Assembly: GCA_025458385.1 (NCBI GenBank)
Contig: JALOSO010000002.1
Coordinates: 1 to 50,826, forward strand
Source: Paracoccaceae bacterium
Lineage (GTDB): Bacteria > Pseudomonadota > Alphaproteobacteria > Rhodobacterales > Rhodobacteraceae
Reading direction: 5' to 3'
Length of the DNA: 50,826 bases
Shown: positions 47,601-50,826 of the stretch, in pieces
How the letters are laid out: every line of letters starts with the position of its first letter
How positions within the stretch are numbered: the first letter of the stretch is position 1
Made by a program: the position numbers and the translations under genes
The notes under the pieces: generated by a model
Told to the model about the DNA's origin: nothing
The model's database searches: none
What the model saw: only the letters and a program-made list of their open reading frames with translations

Positions 47601-50473
47601 ATTGTCAGCGTGTCACCATCTGCGTCGCTGTCATTGGCCAGCAGTTCCGGGACGGCCAGAAAGACGGGCACGTCTTCATTGGTGACAAAGCTGTCTGCCC
47701 CCGTCACCGGTGCGCTGTTGACCGAAGTGACCGACAGATTAACCCGGCCCGTGGTCATGGCACCCTGGCTGTCGCGCAAGGTGTAGTCAAAGAAGGCCGG
47801 ACCAAAGAAATTGGCGCGCGGCGTGATCGTGATATCGCCGTTGTCACCCAGCGAAACGGCAATATCGGCGTTGCCCGAAACGGCAATCAAAGACAGTGCG
47901 TTGCCTTCGATATCGCGGTCATTGGCCAGCAGTGTCGCTGCACTGATGACCAATGATGTGTTTTCGTCAAAGGCCGCAATCGTATCTGTCACCGCCGTCG
48001 GCGCATCATTGACCGGCGTCACCGTGATCCGCACAACGCCGGTCCCCACCCCACCTTCAGGGGTGTTCGCGACATAGGTGAACTGGGCCGGGCCGTTGAA
48101 ATCGGGGGCCGCAACAAAGGTGATATTGCCCGATGTCGACAGGTTCACCGTGCCGCCGACCGCATCACGCACCTGCCCGATGATCATGCGGTCGCCATCG
48201 GCATCATTTGCCAACAGCTGCGACGCGCGGATTTGCAGGCTGCCATCCTCGACCATGGTAAAGCCGCTGTCATCACGCACCTGCGCCTCGGGGCGTACAC
48301 GCAGATCAATCGTGCCCGTGGCAAAGCCGCCGCGCCCGTCGGAAATGGTATAGGTCATCTGCGTGGTGCCGCTAAAGCCCAAGGCAGGGTTAAAGACGAC
48401 ATTGCCATTGGCATCGATTTCAGCCGCGCCATTGGCCCCGCCGTTAACCCAGACCAACTGCAGCGCATCATTGTCCGGATCAAAGTCGTTGCGCAGCAAT
48501 TGCGCGCGCGAGATGGACAGCGTCTGGCCGCTGACGACCGAGAAATAGCCATCGGCCACCGCCTCGGGGGCGGTATTGGCCAACCGGGACAAAATGTTTG
48601 CGGCTGTCCAGTTCACACCATCGCTGAACTGATAGCGTTCGATGCCGCTGCCATCGGCTGCCAGCGCGTTCTCGACAACCAACCTATCGCCCGAGCTGAG
48701 GAAGCGGAACTCGACACTGTTCGATCCCTTGAACAGCTGCGTGACCGAGACCTCGCTTGATACATAGTCAATGAAATCAATTACATCAACTGATGTGGCG
48801 TCCACCGCTTCGATAATGCGGTCGGCCCCGTTGCCACGGCGCACCACATAGGTATCCGCCCCCGCCATGCCATAGGCACTGTCGTTGCCCGCACCCATTT
48901 CGATGGTATCGGCCCCGGCAAAGCCCCACAGGTTATCGGCCCCCGGTGTCTGGGAATCGCGCAAAGTGGCGGCCCGCATCGCATCGCGGTTCCAGATTTC
49001 GCCATCGGCAAAGACGATTTCCTCGACACCCTGTGCACCCGTGCCAAGTGCGGCTTCAAGAATGATCCGGTCACGTTCGCCCGGCAGGCGCAGGATCAGG
49101 TCAAACCCGTCGGCCCCAAGGCGCAGTGCGTAAACCAGATCTTCGGCGTTCACATCCAGCACCAAACGGTCCGTCCCCGTGGTGCCAAGGTCGGATATCC
49201 GGTCATCGCCATCACCGGTGACAAAGCGATAGGTATCTGCCCCGCCACCGCCGGCCAGCAGATCATCGCCCAAGCCGCCGCGCAGGACATCGTCCCCCGT
49301 GGTGCCGACGATGACATCATTGCCAACCGTGACCTGCGCCGCCGACAAGGCCGCCAGCACATCGGCAAACAGCACGACTTCGCCCGTATCGACCAGTTCG
49401 ATCCGTTCGATCACCCCGGCCGCGCCCGAAAGCGCGTCCAGGACGACAATGCCATCGTTGTCATCGGCAAACCGTATCACAAGGTCCGTGCCCGATGCAC
49501 CGTTGCGAAGGAATTCGACGTCCGCCGCCGCATAGCCGACAATCTGCAGCACATCGCTGCCGCCGGTATCGCGGATCTGGTCGATCCCGTCACCCCGGCG
49601 AAACAGGTAGGTGTCATCCCCCAGATCACCCAACAGCAGGTCATTGCCTGCGCCCCCGTCCAGCGTATCGGCCCCGGCGCTGCCGGTGATCCGGTCATTG
49701 CCACCCGTGCGGATCGACGCGGCCATCAGCACGCCAAAGCTCGACTGCGGCCAGATCGTGCCATCATCAAAGATGATCTGCTGGATGCCGCTGTTGTCCG
49801 GGCCAAGCCCTGCCGATACGACAATACGCCCGCCATCGCCCGCCGTCGGCGATGATGGCGCGATCAGCACCAGAAGGTCAGTGCCCGCGCCGGCACGCAG
49901 GATCACATCCGCAGCATCAATGCCTGTCAGGCGCAGCGTGTTGGTCTGCGTCAGATAGCTGGTTTCATAAATCCGGTCGATGCCATCGCCGCGCGCATAG
50001 ACATAGGTATCAGCGCCTGCGCCACCCCGCAGCACGTCATTGCCTTCTTCACCCGCAAGTGTATCGGCATAGATGCTGCCAACCAGACTGTCATCACCAC
50101 TGCCGGCAAGGCCCGCAAGTGCCATGGTATACAACTGGGCAACAGACCAGCTGACCCCACCCTCAAAATCCACCCGCGTGACCGCAAGATCGGCCAGCGA
50201 AGTGGTGTAATTCGCCGCACGGATCAGCACAGACCCCGCATCCCCCGCGCCCGGCGCGGATTCGGCGATGGTCAGCATAATCCCCTGTGGCTCTAGACTT
50301 ACGCTGACATCGGCAGGCAGGATTTCATTCAGGATCAGGATGTTATCGGCTGTATCCCCGGTTCCGGCGGCCTGCGAAATTCCCAGTTGATCATGCCCGT
50401 CGCCGCGCGCGTAGACATAGGTATCCACACCCAAGCCGCCATTCAGGCTGTCATCACCTGCAAGCCCGCGCAA
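38363..50473 (-). CDS. giant RTX / cadherin-like / He_PIG-like repeat adhesin: the central 4,036-codon open frame of a longer T1SS substrate gene
   Basis: Continuous ORF with canonical GGxGxDxUx nonapeptides, about 18 VNDAP...LLANDSD.DGD cadherin-like repeats, and LP.WL.F....T..F.GTPP modules. It lies directly upstream of the T1SS ABC/MFP genes. The first codon is a TTG inside a repeat module, and the last 85 or so codons are Arg/Cys-rich nonsense, so neither ORF end is the true gene end (see findings). Confidence 0.9.
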   Translation of the reverse strand: MRGLAGDDSLNGGLGVDTYVYARGDGHDQLGISQAAGTGDTADNILILNEILPADVSVSLEPQGIMLTIAESAPGAGDAGSVLIRAANYTTSLADLAVTRVDFEGGVSWSVAQLYTMALAGLAGSGDDSLVGSIYADTLAGEEGNDVLRGGAGADTYVYARGDGIDRIYETSYLTQTNTLRLTGIDAADVILRAGAGTDLLVLIAPSSPTAGDGGRIVVSAGLGPDNSGIQQIIFDDGTIWPQSSFGVLMAASIRTGGNDRITGSAGADTLDGGAGNDLLLGDLGDDTYLFRRGDGIDQIRDTGGSDVLQIVGYAAADVEFLRNGASGTDLVIRFADDNDGIVVLDALSGAAGVIERIELVDTGEVVLFADVLAALSAAQVTVGNDVIVGTTGDDVLRGGLGDDLLAGGGGADTYRFVTGDGDDRISDLGTTGTDRLVLDVNAEDLVYALRLGADGFDLILRLPGERDRIILEAALGTGAQGVEEIVFADGEIWNRDAMRAATLRDSQTPGADNLWGFAGADTIEMGAGNDSAYGMAGADTYVVRRGNGADRIIEAVDATSVDVIDFIDYVSSEVSVTQLFKGSNSVEFRFLSSGDRLVVENALAADGSGIERYQFSDGVNWTAANILSRLANTAPEAVADGYFSVVSGQTLSISRAQLLRNDFDPDNDALQLVWVNGGANGAAEIDANGNVVFNPALGFSGTTQMTYTISDGRGGFATGTIDLRVRPEAQVRDDSGFTMVEDGSLQIRASQLLANDADGDRMIIGQVRDAVGGTVNLSTSGNITFVAAPDFNGPAQFTYVANTPEGGVGTGVVRITVTPVNDAPTAVTDTIAAFDENTSLVISAATLLANDRDIEGNALSLIAVSGNADIAVSLGDNGDITITPRANFFGPAFFDYTLRDSQGAMTTGRVNLSVTSVNSAPVTGADSFVTNEDVPVFLAVPELLANDSDADGDTLTILRVEGAVGGSAQLYPNGVEFIPTANFHGTAGFRYVVADGQGGQTEAWVTINVASVNDNPDARDDSYESNGFEELRGLEDQALTIQIADLLNNDRDVEPGTLIFQSASNAVGGTLTMPGNGTIVFTPDADFWGEATFSYLIQDAGGAVDAAEVTLFFANVDDAGPVAVNDTIIAVEDTPRLIPVSALLGNDYDIDRDPITLTGFGPSIAHSHGTLVQYDATNLLFTPGANATGPTRFFYTISDGTGMPGDIGFVWIEMIAVNDEPVAGDDPGFTTQQAVPLVLRISDLMANDTDIENSVLAFTRVFAHSAGTIEVWQDQFIVVDLGAGYTGGLTLDYEITDGELTDTARVSANVNAGYSGLVTGTALVDLLIGTAGSDTISGLAGNDTIRAHDGDDLIFGGTGFDQIFAGAGFDTVDFATSTIGVRASLSTRFGQGGDAQGDEYFAVEALAGSAFGDTLDGGLEANLLDGRGGADGLSGAAGDDTLLGGDGDDTLTGGAGADILSGGDGADTADYSGSTDAVTVSLATLTAAGGDAAGDVLTSIEHLTGGDANDMLEGNGAANLLKGGRGNDTLTGGAGDDTLEGGRGADVLQGGEGTDVVSYAGSEFGVLVNLADTAANGGDAAGDVFSSIEIIEASYHADTLIGDAGDNRLRGGAGADMIDGGSGFDTADYTTAASAVALDLGAGTGTVGDAAGDVLSGIEQVLGSDWNDTLAGGAADETFVGGLGNDALAGGAGSDTYVFGFGAGSDVLTEAAVAGVDTVLLQAPVLRRDVSLIREGDDLVIELENTGGFLTDTLRVVGHFLPGGAGIEAIAFSEGLIWDRAAIETLAQLGRFNAANDVVRFQTEDVPAIIDPASLFENDATAGVADLELVSVLGVGGATAVILPDGTIRFQGALNQNGDAFFDYTVRDAFGRESTARVEVNLTPVNDAPVAGADAGYTGTEDTILVIRIADLLANDSDVDGDTLAISGLSALRDLDGNPLYQSANYNLTNGRATIENGYIYFEPRPDHFGFAGFRYALEDGNGGVAYGEVQLTFVGVNDAPRGDDAIAVRLGRVYEINVSTLMLNDRDPEGDDFTFGTVMSGTNGTATLSADGEKVFFEADTLDDASFTYVLTDEFGASRTINVAVTVFPFNDAPNAQDDDLETFEDQVIIIDPATLLANDSDGNGDTLTIISLDPFALNGRVAFDANGMIVFTPRANYNGVASFDYTISDGHGGTSVGVVTVTIVPRNDAPVVRDDVAGGVEDRPITILPGEVFGNDFDPEGDVLSFSSINFLGVLADLPADRDVEAAMGLTANKLAADTLVTATLEDGAALPLWLTFDAQTLAFTGTMPADQTTPLNVVVTFTLSADRGGLTHAVAQTIDPTDAPALLTGLALETGLAVFETEARSLYNAIDQRDALNEDFVVSDPGVLFPIIPYDPDTHDFGPGLWTATAPSGRDLPDWLIFDPATMTLSVDPVLILQAAGPVAVRIAHMPDQPRLDPGWRSTVDGSFALDFIIDPAIGIPAGVNALLATQAFFAAQGLFAAPLDDSAVVTLANGNALPAWLTYDPATQTFAGTPPEGDYVGALDVRFAMPATADHPAFDLVQEVIVDTVLSTRNVAGFGWQMVNGRPVFTTPEDFDGSFVFSYVAQDTLGAVSEDAAIVVVNVDGRPEIIDAIADDLVMTSNATFDIPVATLLANDFALPGNTLRLSAFTQPGTGTVEIVRTAIDGAALSGLAQVEGAVWSASMADGSAAPSWLSLNPTTGMLFARVPLDYRGTLAVTINRTVDDGDPETTNDTVSANFSQALDGTTGAVLRYTLNSDTATSTRFGYTITNDDGEVSSSFVNIAFNRNLKANDDDLTTVEDTPLVINIADLLANDTDTDGDTISFVSLANVINGTAVVANGQITFTPTANFDGIARFDYTITDGNGRTDVARVTIEVTPDNAAPILGPDVFDGAEDTPITFTTAQLLANDLDPNGDALTFLGFTGQSAGLRLFELPDGSWQVMPNVNLNGQLTMGYRVSDGREITTGTIAFNFAPVNDGPVILPDAILATDEDVPLVIPMANLLANDYDPEGDSFTVVEVYDPDNGTVTLSNGVVTFTPRADFYGNAGFRYVLEDALGARTEGYAQIQVSPSIDPPFTVLDQLSMVEDGSILIDPAQLLANDISPDGDALQFLGFASSAVTQEGALYRFTPQVNQNGIVNLTYTITNGSGVPVDGTVRITIAPTPDAPVAGRDSISMTEDEVLIIEPSILLANDNDPDIQGISITSVARGNGVSARLLESGQIEVTPNENFSGTGSFAYTLTDSSGLSTLGFVDLTIAAVNDAPVLAAPLSDRLATEETAFSIALQTNLFSDPDAQPLTFTLTRADGSALPSWITFNALTQTMSGLPPVDFIGTLMLRLTASDGQISISDDFALNVLNTQDPPVLVRPVADVTLDNAGAVIREGMPFTFAADTAAFSDPDGQPLAYQARLSTGAVLPSWLVFNGTTFTGTPPAGASGSLSITLSASDGSAIVSDTFVLTIAPPLTLPYDNVISGSGNITGTALRDQLNGGAGNDTIRDLAGNDDAYGGAGNDAFIAGDGADLYDGGAGTDRVNYTGSTVGLSIFMGAPTQSTGIALGDRFVGIEYLYGSNFDDLIVSQGLSRLYGEGGNDVLVDSAGIQALYGGAGRDVFLFVDGDQAQDRIMDFVLGQDALDLTRWGVTQFDQLSIVERTNNAGTLLGELVISFNGESVVIVGMNTAQIPSLNAASFIFADPTQIDPNRWAGATVDGTAGNDLMNGAFRDIDGQGISGGGQTILGNAGNDTVYDGPGNDQIFGGDGNDIFYNGAGADTVDGGAGRDELSYAFADGGILFDMANQSANAGQALGDRATTIEWLHGSDYSDVIFGGSLATIRGRAGDDYIRDGAGVQQMNGGAGFDTFAFGAGDRASDRVQDFVIGQDKLDISAWGVNTLAQLTITARSTTAGNGTVRNDVLVTYGRETIILDGLTAADRANLTADSFVFTPPAAPAGRHVNCGPAAVGRGASGRQCAACRSADTGGHFGCGGQPDLCACNHTRGANRVLCQPVQRDCGRWSGQWADGRCCTGGRRSRWRSC
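38640..40075 (-). repeat. two C-terminal RTX plus serralysin-C-terminal-like modules
   Basis: GGAGNDTIRD...GGAGTDRVNY...DRIMDFVLGQDALDLTRWGV, and GNAGNDTVYDGPGNDQIFGGDGNDIF...DRVQDFVIGQDKLDISAWGV. Confidence 0.75.
40076..40679 (-). repeat. two He_PIG-like modules
   Basis: ALPSWITFNALTQTMSGLPPVDFIGTLMLRLTASDG and VLPSWLVFNGTTFTGTPPAGASGSLSITLSASDG. Confidence 0.65.
40680..42104 (-). repeat. cadherin-like repeats x5
   Basis: Same consensus as above (DDDLTTVEDTPLVINIADLLANDTDTDGD... onward). Confidence 0.7.
42105..43789 (-). repeat. about 560-aa region with four He_PIG / dystroglycan-type cadherin-like motifs, one cadherin-like repeat and unassigned spacers
   Basis: ALPLWLTFDAQTLAFTGTMP, LPDWLIFDPATMTLSV, ALPAWLTYDPATQTFAGTPP, APSWLSLNPTTGMLFARVP. 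Confidence 0.55.
43790..45097 (-). repeat. cadherin-like repeats x about 4.5
   Basis: Same consensus as 46540..48580. Confidence 0.7.
45098..46537 (-). repeat. central RTX beta-roll block (about 480 aa) ending in one calcium-binding-related module
   Basis: Dense GGxGxDxUx runs (GGDGDDTLTGGAGADILSGGDGADTADY etc.), then SDTYVFGFGAGSDVL...DDLVIELENT...IEAIAFSEGLIW. Confidence 0.8.
46540..48580 (-). repeat. cadherin-like (tandem ~97-aa) repeats x7
   Basis: Each unit follows VND.P.A.DD....ED.....I....LLANDSD.DGD.L.......G.......G.I.F.P...F.G...F.Y...DG.G.......V.V.. Confidence 0.75.
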
Positions 50474-50826
50474 GGTATCGGGCGGTCGTCAGGAACGCTG
50501 CGACGAGGCGCACCGATCCCGGGACAATTCCGCGGCCTGGATCAGCGAGGATTTGCACAACCAGATCGTCGCCATCACGCAGGAATGCAAGATCAGTGGC
50601 CATCAAGTCTGGCAATGACAGCGTGTCACCGCCAGGCAAAACATAGGGCTGAACATCCACGATCATCGGATCGACATAGACGTCCGAATTTGCACCACGC
50701 TCTTCAATCACATCATGCCCATCGCCATTGCGATAGATATAGGTGTCGTTGAACCCCGTTGTGCGCACGAAATCATTGCCGCGGCCAAGATCATAGACCT
50801 GTGCCTGCGTGGCGTTCACCACGCTG
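48581..50826 (-). repeat. at least 6 tandem modules of about 110 aa: RTX turns plus a haemolysin-type-calcium-binding-related domain
   Basis: Recurring DTY[VIL][YFV]xxG[DN]GxDxI, then D[LV][VI]..., then [IV]E.I.F.DG..W, then GxDxLxGxxGxDxLxGGxGxD. Boundaries about +/-30 nt. Confidence 0.75.
50454..50826 (-). CDS. upstream segment of the same adhesin in another frame (partial; open to the window edge)
   Basis: Encodes another copy of the N-terminal module (NDTYIYRNGDGHDVIEE...DLAFLRDGDDLVVQILADPGRGIVPGSVRLV). No start codon context in the window. Confidence 0.7.
   Translation of the reverse strand, partial: SVVNATQAQVYDLGRGNDFVRTTGFNDTYIYRNGDGHDVIEERGANSDVYVDPMIVDVQPYVLPGGDTLSLPDLMATDLAFLRDGDDLVVQILADPGRGIVPGSVRLVAAFLTTARYLARACR

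Noticed and set aside
1-50826. Scan for CRISPR arrays, IS/transposase genes, prophage or defence-system genes
   Set aside because: None seen. The only short tandem repeat is the 8-mer at 5564..5590, and the large-scale repeats are all protein-coding modules of the adhesin.

Overview
GC-rich chromosomal window that reads like an alphaproteobacterium of the Rhodobacterales/roseobacter type. That placement is inferred from protein families and the gene order hom-glpX-recJ and DUF3572/pleD, and I cannot verify it here. I call about 44 protein genes and one tRNA-Glu(UUC). I saw no IS elements, integrases, prophage genes, toxin-antitoxin pairs or CRISPR arrays. Housekeeping genes (glutamate dehydrogenase, hom, glpX, recJ, metG) are interleaved with accessory-looking modules: (1) 2.5-8.0 kb, a stand-alone Tad-type minor-pilin cassette (TadG-like/vWA, TadE-like, TadE/F-like, small lipoprotein, second TadG-like/vWA) with no pilus machinery nearby; (2) 13.4-16.8 kb, TetR plus a two-subunit molybdo-oxidoreductase; (3) 16.9-18.5 kb, a split H-NOX / HNOBA-GGDEF nitric-oxide-type diguanylate cyclase pair; (4) an orphan non-Pyl MttB-family methyltransferase; (5) DUF3572/pleD; (6) a PotABCD-like ABC importer behind a 477-bp leader; (7) 35.2-50.8 kb, a type I secretion operon (MFP plus an ABC with no N-terminal C39/CLD domain) and its giant RTX/cadherin-like/He_PIG-like adhesin. 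The adhesin covers at least 12.5 kb, its 5' end lies outside the window, and its frame is broken by apparent 1-nt indels at G/C runs near both ends. The best leads are the orphan duplicated TadG-vWA cassette, the architecture and frame breaks of the giant T1SS substrate, the sGC-like split H-NOX/HNOBA-GGDEF pair with a non-canonical heme-pocket motif, and a MetRS whose KMSKS loop reads QFSTS. All family assignments come from motif reading by eye; no database search was possible.
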